64,000 nt of DNA from the NCBI GenBank assembly GCA_963749075.1, contig CAVVLJ010000002.1:96001-160000 (forward strand), in the 5' to 3' direction. This DNA is from an uncultured Pseudomonadota bacterium (lineage in GTDB: Bacteria; Pseudomonadota; Alphaproteobacteria; JACZXZ01). A program made the position numbers and the translations under genes. Of the stretch, positions 47,874 through 57,636 are shown one piece after another. Below the pieces are notes generated by a model. That model saw nothing but the letters and a program-made list of their open reading frames with translations, was not told the origin of the DNA and made no database searches. How positions within the stretch are numbered: the first letter of the stretch is position 1; every line of letters starts with the position of its first letter.

Positions 47874-49505
47874 ATGGCGGTACGGGAGATCGGCAGCTTC
47901 GACTACGTGATCGCGGGCGCCGGCTCGGCGGGCTGCGTGCTGGCCAACCGGCTCTCGGCCGACCCGGAGGTCTCCGTCCTGCTCCTCGAGGCGGGCGGGC
48001 GCGACAACTACATCTGGATCCACATCCCCATCGGCTATCTCTACACCCAGGGCAATCCGCGCACCGACTGGTGCTTCAAGACCGAGCCCGAGGAGGGTCT
48101 CGGCGGCCGCGCGCTCAATTACCCGCGCGGGCGCGTGCTCGGCGGCTGCTCCTCGATCAACGGCATGATCTACATGCGCGGCCAGGCGCGCGACTACGAC
48201 CAGTGGCGCCAGATGGGCAACCTCGGCTGGGCGTGGGACGACGTGCTGCCCTATTTCAAGCGCTCCGAGGACCAGGTGCGCGGCGCCGACGCGTTCCACG
48301 GCTCGGGCGGCGAATGGCGCGTCGAGGAGATGCGCCTCTCCTGGGAGATCCTCGGCGCCTTCCGCGAGGCGGCGGCCGAGGCCGGCATCCCCAAGACGGA
48401 CGACTTCAACCGCGGCGACAACGAGGGCTGCGGCTATTTCCAGGTGAACCAGAGGAAGGGCGTGCGCTGGAGCACGGCCAAGGCCTTCCTCAAGCCCGTG
48501 CGCGGGCGGCCCAACCTCACCGTGCTGACGGGCGCCCAGGCGACCCGCATCCGTTTCGAGGGGCGCAGCACCTCCGGCCTCGAGCTCGCGCTCGACGGCG
48601 CTCCGGCGCGCGTGGGCGTCAAGGGCGAGCTCATCCTCGCCGCTGGCGCCATCGGCTCGCCCCAGCTCCTGCAGCTCTCGGGCGTGGGGCCGGCGGCGCT
48701 CCTCAAGTCGCACGGCATCCCGCTCGTCCACGAGCTCGGCGGCGTCGGCGAGAACCTGCAGGACCATCTGCAGATACGCATGGCCTACAAGGTGAAAAAC
48801 ACCCGCACGCTGAATGAGCAGGCGAACAGCCTCTGGGGCCGCGCCTGGATGGGCATCGAATATGCCCTCTTCCGCCGCGGCCCGCTCACCATGGCGCCGA
48901 GCCAGCTCGGCGGCTTCGTCAAGAGCGACGCGAGCCGCGAGACGCCGAACCTCGAGTACCACATCCAGCCCCTGAGCCTCGACAGCTTCTCGGAGCCGCC
49001 GCATCCCTTCCCGGCCTTCACCGCCTCGGTCGCGAACCTGAGGCCCGAGAGCCGCGGCTTCGTGCGCATCAAGTCGGCCGCACCCACGGCGGCACCGGCG
49101 ATCAAGCCCAACTATCTCTCGGCCTCAGCCGACCGCCTCGTCGCCGCGGCGGCGATGCGGCTCACCCGGCGCATCGTAGCCGGCAAGGCGCTGGCCCGCT
49201 TCGAGCCCGAGGAGTTCCGCCCCGGTCCTCAGTACCAGACGGACGAGGAGCTCGCGGCCGCTGCTGGCCGCATCTCCTCCACCATCTTCCACCCGGTCGG
49301 CACCTGCCGCATGGGGCAGGACGCGCTCGCCGTGGTCGACGAGCGCCTTGCCGTGCGCGGCATCTCGGGCTTGCGCGTGGCCGACGCCTCGGTGATGCCG
49401 ACCATCACCTCGGGCAACACCAACTCGCCCGTCATCATGATCGCCGAGAAGGCCGCGGACATGATCCGCGAGGACCGCAAGACCTCCCGCGCGCGCGTGG
49501 CGTGA
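47874..49505 (+). CDS. GMC oxidoreductase (choline dehydrogenase-like)
   Basis: GAGSAG, LLEAG, GGCSSING, NLQDH, HPVGT, GNTN. Confidence 0.93.
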   Translation: MAVREIGSFDYVIAGAGSAGCVLANRLSADPEVSVLLLEAGGRDNYIWIHIPIGYLYTQGNPRTDWCFKTEPEEGLGGRALNYPRGRVLGGCSSINGMIYMRGQARDYDQWRQMGNLGWAWDDVLPYFKRSEDQVRGADAFHGSGGEWRVEEMRLSWEILGAFREAAAEAGIPKTDDFNRGDNEGCGYFQVNQRKGVRWSTAKAFLKPVRGRPNLTVLTGAQATRIRFEGRSTSGLELALDGAPARVGVKGELILAAGAIGSPQLLQLSGVGPAALLKSHGIPLVHELGGVGENLQDHLQIRMAYKVKNTRTLNEQANSLWGRAWMGIEYALFRRGPLTMAPSQLGGFVKSDASRETPNLEYHIQPLSLDSFSEPPHPFPAFTASVANLRPESRGFVRIKSAAPTAAPAIKPNYLSASADRLVAAAAMRLTRRIVAGKALARFEPEEFRPGPQYQTDEELAAAAGRISSTIFHPVGTCRMGQDALAVVDERLAVRGISGLRVADASVMPTITSGNTNSPVIMIAEKAADMIREDRKTSRARVA

Positions 49506-49541
49506 GCCGAGCTCGTATCCAGACTCATCGCCGCACGATGC

Positions 49542-49640
49542 ACCCCCCTCCCTACCCTCCCCCTCAAGGGGGGAGGGGAATTGAGAGCCGGGTCGATAGC
49601 CTCCCCCTCCCCCCTTGAGGGGGAGGGTTGGGGTGGGGGG
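49542..49640. repeat. C-run/G-run palindromic repeat between convergent genes
   Basis: CCCTCCCCCTCAAGGGGGGAGGG followed by its inverse CCCTCCCCCCTTGAGGGGGAGGG. Confidence 0.75.
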
Positions 49641-49668
49641 CTATGGTACGCGGCAACGAATCCAGATT

Positions 49669-50604
49669 CTAAGCGCCCGCCCTGGTGCTGCGGGCGCGTT
49701 TCTGCAGCTTGTGCTCGCGGAAGGTGATGTAGAGGCCGCTTGCGATGATGACGGCAGCACCTATCCAGGTCCAAAGGCCGGGGAACTCGGCGAAGAACAC
49801 GTAGCCGAGGATGGTCGAGCCGACGAGCTCGCCGTAGCCCATGGGCGCGCAGAGCGAGGCCGAGCCCCACTGCACCGCCTTGATGACGAAGTAATGGCCG
49901 ACGAGGCCGAGGAGCCCGACGCTGGCGAAGACCAGCGCGTCGAACGGCGTCGCCGGCAGGACGATCGGCCAGAACGGCAGGATCGCACTCGCGATGACGA
50001 GGCCGCCGAGGCCGGCGAGCGTCACCGAGGCGGCCGCCGAATCGCGGCTGCCGACTTTACGCGAGAGGATCTGGTAGACCGCATAGCAGGCGGCATCGAT
50101 GAGCACGAGCACCGCTCCCCACTGCATCACGTCGGTGCCCGGACGGATGATGAGCAAGGCGCCGGCAAAGCCCACGATGACCGCGGTCCAGCGCCTCGGC
50201 CCGACCTTCTCGCCCAGCATGGGGACCGAGAGGGCCGTCACGATGATCGGGCCCACGAAGGCGATGGCGCTCGCCGTCGGCAGCGGCACGGTGAGCAGGC
50301 CGAGGAAATAGGTGGCCGAGGCGCTGAAGAGGAGGATCGAGCGCCAGGCCTGGGCAAGGGGATGCCTGGTCGCGAAGACCTTGAGACCGTAGCGCGGGGC
50401 GAAGACGATGAGGCAGAAGACGACGTGTCCGGCGTAGCGCGCCCAGAAGATCTCGGGCATCGGGTAGCGGTGGCCGAGATACTTGACGCCCGCATTGAGG
50501 AAGGGGAAGGCCGTCACCGCGAGCATCATGTAGAGCACCGCGCGCAGCACGGATTCGCCCCCGAGCGTGCGGGGCGGGCTCGCAATGGCAAGGGGCTCGG
50601 TCAT
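49669..50604 (-). CDS. DMT/EamA transporter
   Basis: About 10 TM segments, LGEKVG.RRW, IIRPG. Confidence 0.9.
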   Translation of the reverse strand: MTEPLAIASPPRTLGGESVLRAVLYMMLAVTAFPFLNAGVKYLGHRYPMPEIFWARYAGHVVFCLIVFAPRYGLKVFATRHPLAQAWRSILLFSASATYFLGLLTVPLPTASAIAFVGPIIVTALSVPMLGEKVGPRRWTAVIVGFAGALLIIRPGTDVMQWGAVLVLIDAACYAVYQILSRKVGSRDSAAASVTLAGLGGLVIASAILPFWPIVLPATPFDALVFASVGLLGLVGHYFVIKAVQWGSASLCAPMGYGELVGSTILGYVFFAEFPGLWTWIGAAVIIASGLYITFREHKLQKRARSTRAGA

Positions 50605-50765
50605 GGGGTGCGCTGATCGTAGGGGGAGCGCTCGTGGCGAGAGACTGTCATCCGGCCGCGCGGCCCGTCAATCCCTCGCCCTCGGCTTCGCTGTTGCCTT
50701 GCGGGCGCATCGGCTCGATAGTAGCGGCCGAAAGGCGGCGAAAGACCGCATTGGGGGGAGGCAGG

Positions 50766-51551
50766 ATGGCGGGCACCGCCGCCGAGATGATCGCCGTCAG
50801 ACGGCTGAGCAAGCGCTACGAGACCTCACGCGGCGCGCTCTTGGCGTTGGACGACATCGATTTCTCCGTGGCCGAGGGCGAGTTCGTGGCCGTGGTGGGG
50901 CCGTCGGGCTGCGGCAAGACGACGCTCCTCAAGATCCTCGCCGGGCTCATGCGGGCGACGGAGGGCGGTGCGGCACTGGCCGGCACGCCGATCGCGGGTC
51001 CGCGCCGCGACATCGGCGTCGTCTTCCAGTCGCCGGTGCTCTTCCCCTGGCGCTCGGTGCTCGAGAACGTGCTGCTGCCGGTCGACGTGCAGCGCCTCGG
51101 GCGCGAGCGCGGCCGCCAGCGCGCGCTCGAGCTCCTGGCCCTCGTCGGTCTCGAGGGCTTCGAGCAGCGCTATCCCTGGGAGCTCTCGGGCGGCATGCAG
51201 CAACGCGTCGCCATCACCCGCAGCCTCGTCCATGATCCCGCCATGCTGCTGATGGACGAGCCCTTCGGCGCGCTCGACGCCATGACGCGCGAGAGCATGA
51301 ACCTCGAGCTCCAGCGCATCTGGCTCGAGCGGCGCAAGACCGTGCTCTTCATCACCCATTCGATCTCCGAGGCCGTCTTCCTCGCCGACCGGGTGCTGGT
51401 GATGACGCCGCGCCCGGGTCGCATCCGCGACGCCATCGCCGTCGCGATGCCGCGGCCGCGCCCGCTCGAGCTCACGGCGACGCCCGACTTCGGGGCACTC
51501 GTGCAGCGCATCCGCACCTACTTCAACGCCAAGGGCGGGGTGGACGCATGA
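50766..51551 (+). CDS. NitT/TauT ABC transporter ATP-binding protein
   Basis: GPSGCGKT, LSGGM, LMDEPF.ALD, ITH. Confidence 0.95.
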   Translation: MAGTAAEMIAVRRLSKRYETSRGALLALDDIDFSVAEGEFVAVVGPSGCGKTTLLKILAGLMRATEGGAALAGTPIAGPRRDIGVVFQSPVLFPWRSVLENVLLPVDVQRLGRERGRQRALELLALVGLEGFEQRYPWELSGGMQQRVAITRSLVHDPAMLLMDEPFGALDAMTRESMNLELQRIWLERRKTVLFITHSISEAVFLADRVLVMTPRPGRIRDAIAVAMPRPRPLELTATPDFGALVQRIRTYFNAKGGVDA

Positions 51552-52348
51552 CGCGCGCGCCGAAGGCGGCCCTCCGCCTCCTTCTCCTCCTCGTCTCGCT
51601 CCTCCTCTGGGAGGGGGCGGTGCGTCTCTTCGCGGTGCCCGCCTTCATCCTGCCGCCGCCGAGTCGCGTCGTCATGGCGCTCTACCGCGGCGGGGTGAGC
51701 GGGGTCTATCTCGACAATTTCTGGGTGACGCTCGCCGAGACCCTGCTCGGCTTTGCCCTCGGCGCAGTCCTCGCCTTCGTCCTCGGCACCGCGGTGGCGG
51801 TAAGCGGTGCGGTCGAATATTTCCTCTATCCCTACATCGTCATGTTCCAGTCGATGCCGAAGGTGGCCTTGGCCCCCCTCATCATCGTGTGGTTCGGCCT
51901 CGGCCTCAGCTCCAAGGTGGTGAGCGCTGCCCTCGTCGCCTTCTTCCCGCTCCTCGTCAATACGATCTTGGGCCTGCGCTCGGCGGACGAGGACCGCGTC
52001 GATCTCATGCGCTCGCTCGCGGCTACCGAGACGCAGATCTTCTGGATGCTCCGCTTGCCGACGGCGCTGCCCTTCATCATGGCCGGGCTCGAGGTGGCGA
52101 TGGTGTTCTCGCTCATCGGCGCCATCGTCGCCGAGTTCGTCGGCGCCGAATCGGGGCTCGGCATGCTGATCGAGAGCATGAATTTCTCGATGGACGTGGC
52201 CGGCCAGTTCGCCGTGCTCTTCATCCTCGCCGTCATGGGCCTGGCGCTCAACGGCACCATCGTCTGGCTGCGCCGCCGCGTGCTGTTCTGGGATCCCTCG
52301 CAGAAATCGAGCGCGCTCGGCGCCGCGCAAAAGGGAGGAAAGCTATGA
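51548..52348 (+). CDS. NitT/TauT ABC permease
   Basis: PKVALAPL, AIVAEF..GLG. Confidence 0.92.
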   Translation: MTRAPKAALRLLLLLVSLLLWEGAVRLFAVPAFILPPPSRVVMALYRGGVSGVYLDNFWVTLAETLLGFALGAVLAFVLGTAVAVSGAVEYFLYPYIVMFQSMPKVALAPLIIVWFGLGLSSKVVSAALVAFFPLLVNTILGLRSADEDRVDLMRSLAATETQIFWMLRLPTALPFIMAGLEVAMVFSLIGAIVAEFVGAESGLGMLIESMNFSMDVAGQFAVLFILAVMGLALNGTIVWLRRRVLFWDPSQKSSALGAAQKGGKL

Positions 52349-53412
52349 GAAGACGACTTGCGACGGCAGCCTGTCTCGCCCTCGCTCTCGCCGCCTCGAC
52401 CGCCGCCGCCGCCGCGGCCGAGACCACGATCAAGGTCGGCTGGTGCGCGCGCACCGTGAGCTCGGCCGCTGCCCCTTACGCGATCGCCACCAAGATGGGC
52501 TGGTTCGCCGAGGCCGGCCTCAAGGTGCAGCTCGTGCCGCTCCCGGGCTCGACCGATTGCGTCAAGGAGGTGGCCACGGGGGATATCCCCTATGCGGTGC
52601 CATCGGTCGAGCCGCTTATCACCATCCGCAGCGAGGGGGTCAAGGCCAAGATCTTCTATACCGCCTACCAGGGCAACATCTACGGCCTCGCCGTGCCGGC
52701 GGCGAGCCCGATCAAGGACGCCAAGGACCTGAAGGGCAAGAAGATCGGCGTGCAGTCGATGGCCTCGGGCGGCGTGCAGGTTGCGCGGGCACTCCTCGCC
52801 CTCAACGGCATCGATCCCGACAAGGAGGCGCAGATCGTGGTGGTAGGCGAGGCGGGCCAGGCTGCGGCCCTCGTGCGCTCGAAGCAGGTCGACGCGCTCT
52901 CGCTCTACGACGTGCAGTACGCCCTCATCGAGAACGCCGGCCAGCCCTTGCGCCTGCTCGACACGGGCCCGATCGCCAAATATCCCTCGAACGGCTTCTT
53001 GGCACTCGAGAGCACCCTCGAGAAGAACCGCGCCCAGGCGATCGGCCTCGCCAAGGGCTACGCGCGCGGCACCATCTTCGCCATCAACAACCCGGAGGCG
53101 GCGGTCAGGATCCTGTGGGAGGTGTTCCCCCAGACCAAGCCCACCGGCAAGAGCGAGGAGCAGGCGCTGGCCGACGACGTGAAGGCGATCGAGGCGCGCA
53201 TCGGGCACTGGCGCCTCGAGGCAGGCGGGGTCACGCGCTGGGGCGAGAGCTCGCTCAAAGATTACGCCGCCTATGAGGCGTTCCTCTTCAAGTGGGGCGT
53301 GGTCAAGGCGACGGTGCCGGCGGGCGACCTCGTGACCAACGAGCTTCTGGGCGAGATCGACAGCTTCGATCCGGCGAAGATCGCCGAGGAGGCCAAGGCC
53401 TACAAGATGTGA
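52345..53412 (+). CDS. NitT/TauT substrate-binding protein, copy 1
   Basis: Signal peptide, DLKGKKIGV, GWF.E.GL. Confidence 0.9.
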   Translation: MRRRLATAACLALALAASTAAAAAAETTIKVGWCARTVSSAAAPYAIATKMGWFAEAGLKVQLVPLPGSTDCVKEVATGDIPYAVPSVEPLITIRSEGVKAKIFYTAYQGNIYGLAVPAASPIKDAKDLKGKKIGVQSMASGGVQVARALLALNGIDPDKEAQIVVVGEAGQAAALVRSKQVDALSLYDVQYALIENAGQPLRLLDTGPIAKYPSNGFLALESTLEKNRAQAIGLAKGYARGTIFAINNPEAAVRILWEVFPQTKPTGKSEEQALADDVKAIEARIGHWRLEAGGVTRWGESSLKDYAAYEAFLFKWGVVKATVPAGDLVTNELLGEIDSFDPAKIAEEAKAYKM

Positions 53413-53457
53413 GTGCTGCCGGCACGAGGAGGTGCTCAGGATAGGGAGGAGGCGAAA

Positions 53458-54519
53458 ATGAGGCGGATGACGCAGGCGGCTCTGGCGGCAGCGGCGCTCG
53501 CAATGGCGGCGCCGTCGGCCTCGGCCGAGACCACGATCAAGGTCGGGTTTTGCGCGCGCACGGTGAGCTCGGCCGTGGCACCCTTCGCGATCGCGAGCAA
53601 GATGGGCTGGTTCGCCGAGCGCGGCCTCGCGGTCCGGGTGGTGCCGCTGCCGGGCTCGACCGATTGCGTCAAGGAGGTGGCGACGGGCGATCTGCCCTAT
53701 GCGCTGCCCTCGGTCGAGCCGCTCGCGATGATCCGGCCCGAAGGGGTCAAGGCGAAGATCTTCTATACCGCCTACCAGGGCTACAACTACGGCATCGCGG
53801 TGCCGAGCGGCAGTGCGGTCAAGAGTGTTACCGACCTCAAGGGCAAGAAGATCGGCGTGACCTCGATGGCGTCCGCCGGCGTCATCGTGGCACGGGCGAT
53901 GGTCGCGGCCGCGGGCCTCGATCCCGATCACGACGTGCAGATCGTGGTGGCCGGCGAGGCGGCGCAGACCGCGGCGCTCTTGCGCTCGCAGCAGGTCGAT
54001 GCGCTCAGCCAGTTCGACGTGCAGTACGTGCTCGTGGAGAACGCCGGCGTGGCGCTGCGCTGGCTCGACCGCTCGGCATTGCGGCACTATCCGTCCAACG
54101 GCTTCCTGGCGCTCGAGAAGACGCTTGTCGAGCAGCCCGCCCAGGCGATCGCGCTCGCGCGCGGCTATGCCATGGGTACCGTGTTCCTTTTCGCCAATCC
54201 CGAGGCGGCGATCCGCATCCTTTACGAGGAGTATCCGCAGAGCAAGCCGACCGGCAAGGACGAGGCGACGGCGATCCGCGACGACATCAAGGCGCTCGCC
54301 GCGCGCCAGGAGGACTGGCGCCTCTCCGCCGGCGGGGTCGCGCGCTGGGGCGAGAGCAACGTGAGGAACTACGCCGACTACATCGACTTCCTCCTCAAGT
54401 GGGGCGTCATCAAGGAGAAGGTCCCGGTCGACGATCTCGTCACCAACGAGTTCATCGGCGAGATCAACAAGTTCGATGCCGCGAAGGTCGCAGCCGCGGC
54501 AAAGGCCTACAAGATGTGA
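53458..54519 (+). CDS. NitT/TauT substrate-binding protein, copy 2 (tandem paralogue)
   Basis: Long blocks identical to copy 1 (VPLPGSTDCVKEVATGD, EGVKAKIFYTAYQG, YPSNGFLALE). Confidence 0.9.
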   Translation: MRRMTQAALAAAALAMAAPSASAETTIKVGFCARTVSSAVAPFAIASKMGWFAERGLAVRVVPLPGSTDCVKEVATGDLPYALPSVEPLAMIRPEGVKAKIFYTAYQGYNYGIAVPSGSAVKSVTDLKGKKIGVTSMASAGVIVARAMVAAAGLDPDHDVQIVVAGEAAQTAALLRSQQVDALSQFDVQYVLVENAGVALRWLDRSALRHYPSNGFLALEKTLVEQPAQAIALARGYAMGTVFLFANPEAAIRILYEEYPQSKPTGKDEATAIRDDIKALAARQEDWRLSAGGVARWGESNVRNYADYIDFLLKWGVIKEKVPVDDLVTNEFIGEINKFDAAKVAAAAKAYKM

Positions 54520-55160
54520 GCGCCGCGCGCGGCCGTCTTGCGGCGGTGGAAGCGGCGCTGCTTGGCGCGGTTGCCGCAAACCTCCATCTCGCACCAGCGC
54601 CGGCTCTTGTTCTTGGTGGTGTCGAAGAAGAGCCAGCCGCAGCGCTCGCCGCGGCATTGCTTGATGCGCGAGAGGTCGGACTGCGTCAAGAGGGTGAGGG
54701 CGGAGAGCGTCACCGGTCCGAGCACCGCCTCGACGACGCCGTCCGCCGGGTCCCAGCTCCACACGTAGTGCCCGTCATCGTGGACCAGCCTGGCGCGCGC
54801 CACGCAGTCGGCATGGATGCGCATGAGATGGGCGACGCTTGCCGCATCGACCTCGCGCCCCGCCGCGAGCGCTGCGCCGACCGCGTGCACGACCTCGCGC
54901 AGCTCGTGCGCGCGCTTCAAGAGGCGCGCCGCGAGCTTGGGGTTGGCCGCGAGTGCCGTCTCGAGCCTCTCGCCGTCGGCGGGCGACAGCGCGCGCGCGT
55001 GGCGCGCCCAGGCCACCACGTGCTCGGGCCGGCCGAGATGATCGAGGTGCGTGGGCGTGCCGCGGCCGGAGGCGGTGTTGGCGAGGTCGAGGGCCAGCTC
55101 GTTGCCGATCAGCGGGAGTGCTGCGGCGCGCAACTCCCGATCGAGGGCGAGTTCGCTCAT
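54507..55160 (-). CDS. ABATE/CGNR zinc-finger protein
   Basis: LDLANT, C..ERC.WLFFD, RRWCEMEVCGNRAK. Confidence 0.92.
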   Translation of the reverse strand: MSELALDRELRAAALPLIGNELALDLANTASGRGTPTHLDHLGRPEHVVAWARHARALSPADGERLETALAANPKLAARLLKRAHELREVVHAVGAALAAGREVDAASVAHLMRIHADCVARARLVHDDGHYVWSWDPADGVVEAVLGPVTLSALTLLTQSDLSRIKQCRGERCGWLFFDTTKNKSRRWCEMEVCGNRAKQRRFHRRKTAARGAHIL

Positions 55161-55282
55161 ATAACCAGTAAAACAGCATTTGTTCGTTAAGTCAACGTCC
55201 GGGCGGGCGCCTGGTTCAGCACGGCCGGGCGCCGTGCCATACTGCGCCAGGCGCAGCCGCAAAGCGCCCGCTGGAGGGGCGC

Positions 55283-55696
55283 ATGCTCATCGTTGCCACG
55301 CGGGTCAAGGCCTCCGCAATCGAGGGCGTCGGCCTCTTCGCCGCGCGGCCGATCGCGCGCGGCACGCCGATCTGGGAATACCGCCCGCCCTTCGATCTCT
55401 GCGTCGAGCCGGCCGGCCTCGACGGCCTCCCGGCGCAGATCCGCCGTCTCCTCTCCAGCCACGGCTATCTCTACAACCGGGACGGCAAGTGGTACTTGAA
55501 CCTCGACGACGCCCGCTTCATGAACCACTCGGCCGAGCCCAACTGCGAACCCACGGAGGAGTTCATGGTGGCCGCCCGCGACATCGCCGCGGACGAGGAG
55601 ATCACCTGCGACTATTTCACCTATTACACGCCCAATCCGCAGCAGCCCTGGCTCGCGGCGCTGCGCTCCAAGCGGGATGTCAAGCCGCGGGCTTGA
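55283..55696 (+). CDS. SET-domain methyltransferase
   Basis: GVGLFA, RFMNHS.EPN, EEITCDY. Confidence 0.9.
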   Translation: MLIVATRVKASAIEGVGLFAARPIARGTPIWEYRPPFDLCVEPAGLDGLPAQIRRLLSSHGYLYNRDGKWYLNLDDARFMNHSAEPNCEPTEEFMVAARDIAADEEITCDYFTYYTPNPQQPWLAALRSKRDVKPRA

Positions 55697-55748
55697 ATTG
55701 TCTTGCGACAGCTGTCATATTTGCGGCGACAGTCGTCATGGAACCGAA

Positions 55749-56237
55749 ATGGCAAACCTAATGGAAGCACCCGAGGCGCGGCCGGCCGGTGCTGCAACTC
55801 TCGAGGGTGTGGTCGATATCCTGGGCGGCCCCAAAGTGCTCAAGCGGAAGGTTAGAGGCCCCCTCGATGCGCATGAGCTGCTGCTTCGGGGACTGCCCGG
55901 CGCCGCGCTTACCCATCTTGTGGCGAGCCTCACCCTTCTCCACGATCCGGTCTCGCTGGAGAAGGCCGTTGGCATGAGCTTGCGCACGTTCCAGCGCCGC
56001 AAAGGCAATCCCGCCAAGCTCCTCAGCCAGGAGCAAAGCGCCCGGACATGGAAGTTTGCGGAGATACTTGCGAAAGCGACAGCGGTGCTCGGCTCGCGCG
56101 CCGAGGCAGAACAGTGGCTTGAGCGCCCAGCCATCGGACTCGACCGGCGCCGGCCCATCGATCTTCTGGCGACGACCGCTGGCGTCGAGATCGTCGAGAG
56201 CCACCTCGAACGCCTCGAGTACGGCGTCTATACGTGA
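55749..56237 (+). CDS. Xre/MbcA/ParS antitoxin
   Basis: SLRTFQRRK HTH; WL.RPAIGL..RRPIDLL..GVY. Confidence 0.9.
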   Translation: MANLMEAPEARPAGAATLEGVVDILGGPKVLKRKVRGPLDAHELLLRGLPGAALTHLVASLTLLHDPVSLEKAVGMSLRTFQRRKGNPAKLLSQEQSARTWKFAEILAKATAVLGSRAEAEQWLERPAIGLDRRRPIDLLATTAGVEIVESHLERLEYGVYT

Positions 56238-56737
56238 CCCCGCTGCCGCCGCCGCTTGGCGCGGGCGAATTGGTGGCTTGGCGCCTCGATCAAGAGGCTT
56301 TTGCCGCGAGCTGGGACTCTGGCGAAGGTGCCTTCCGCGTCGGCGGCCGCTGGAATAGCCGCGGCGTGCGGACGGTCTACACGTCGCTCGATCCGGCCAC
56401 GGCGATTCTGGAGGTCGCGGTCCACAAGGGATTTACGGCGCTCGACACGGTCGCCCACGTGCTTACGTCGGCAACGGTCCTTGACCCAGGCAAAGTCCAC
56501 GTCATTCAACCCGGGGATGTGCCGAATCCCAACTGGCTGAGGCCGGGCATTCCCGGGGCCGGCCAGCAGGCCTTCGGTGACGCCCTCCTTGCGAAACACC
56601 CTTTCGTGCTCATCCCGAGCGCGGTGTCCAGCCATAGCTGGAACCTGATCTTCGTCGCCTCCGCCACCGCCGGGCTCTATGCACTCCGCTCACAGGAGCG
56701 CTTTGCGCTCGACACGCGGCTCCACCCGCCTCGGTGA
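56234..56737 (+). CDS. RES-domain toxin (NAD+ phosphorylase-like)
   Basis: WR, GGRWN, Y.S..ATAILE, IPSAV. Confidence 0.92.
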   Translation: MTPLPPPLGAGELVAWRLDQEAFAASWDSGEGAFRVGGRWNSRGVRTVYTSLDPATAILEVAVHKGFTALDTVAHVLTSATVLDPGKVHVIQPGDVPNPNWLRPGIPGAGQQAFGDALLAKHPFVLIPSAVSSHSWNLIFVASATAGLYALRSQERFALDTRLHPPR

Positions 56738-56859
56738 GGCTCGACAGGCGACCCGCCGCGTCTCTCGGGGTCCGCGCGGAAGTTCGCTTTGCGGCGTGAA
56801 AAGCAACCGCGGCATCGCGGGCGAGAGCCGATTGGCAACAAACGCCAACCTTCGCGCCG

Positions 56860-57399
56860 CGCGGCGCTATGGCGCGCGCCGCCGCGCCTGGCCGCTTGGA
56901 AGAGGCTCTTGAGAGCTTCGAGGCGCGCGTTGGAATGGGATGAGGCCCGGCGCTGGACGAGACGCCCGATGTGGGATGCGAAGGCGCGCAGGGCGCGCCG
57001 GACGGGCTCGAGGAGCGGCCCCGGGTCGAGGGCGAGGCCGGTTTGGTCGATGAAGCGGGTAATGCGCCGGCGGGCGACCTGTGCTCCGGCGGCCTGTCAG
57101 CGACGCCTGCTCGAACGAGAGCGTGAGCCGGCTGCCCGGCCGCGCCCACGGCAGCAGCACCCGCTTCACCCCGTGCTCCGGGCACTCGACCCGCGGCACC
57201 CGCGCCGCGATGAAGCAGTGGTGCTGCAAGAAGTTCAGATGCTGCCAAGTGAAGCCGGCAAAGTCGTGCAAGCCAAGCCCGAGCGCAAACACATCCCGCG
57301 CGTCCATCCCGCCCTCCCATGCCGAAGCCGAGGCAGCATGGAGAGCGCCGAAGCGCTATGCAACTCGCCGCCGGATTCCGCTTGGAACATCGAGGAACC
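56860..57399 (-). mobile_element. degenerate ISL3-family remnant
   Basis: WQHLNFLQH.CFI.ARVPRVECPEHGV..PWARPGS plus a C-terminal N..LE.L.SLFQAA.RRAR fragment; end GGTTCCTCGATGTTCCAAG; left boundary approximate. Confidence 0.8.
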
Positions 57400-57615
57400 G
57401 CTTCTTTCCATGCGGTGCTCGGCCGTGAGATGGCGGATGATGGGCTCGCCCGCAGCGCGGTGCTTCATCTCGCGGCGCAGCGCGCGCGTCGTGCGCCGCA
57501 CCTGGCCCGTGATCCAGACGCGGAACTTGTTCGGACGGTCGTGGCCGCATCGATTACTCACTCACGCCCAGATCCGACTCTCGATCAACGGCTTGGGCAA
57601 TCTTCGCGGACGACC
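57400..57615 (-). mobile_element. IS5-family transposase fragment interrupted by the ISL3 remnant
   Basis: GH..PNKFRVWITGQVRRTTRALRREMKHRAA.EPII.HL.AEHRM. Confidence 0.65.
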
Positions 57616-57636
57616 CATCAGCAGCCTTTCCTCCTC

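Noticed and set aside
38134-49004. Very long ORFs 38134-41286, 41603-44326 and 46257-49004
   Set aside because: Only their 3' ends are real genes; the extensions are stop-free antisense shadows of GC-rich genes
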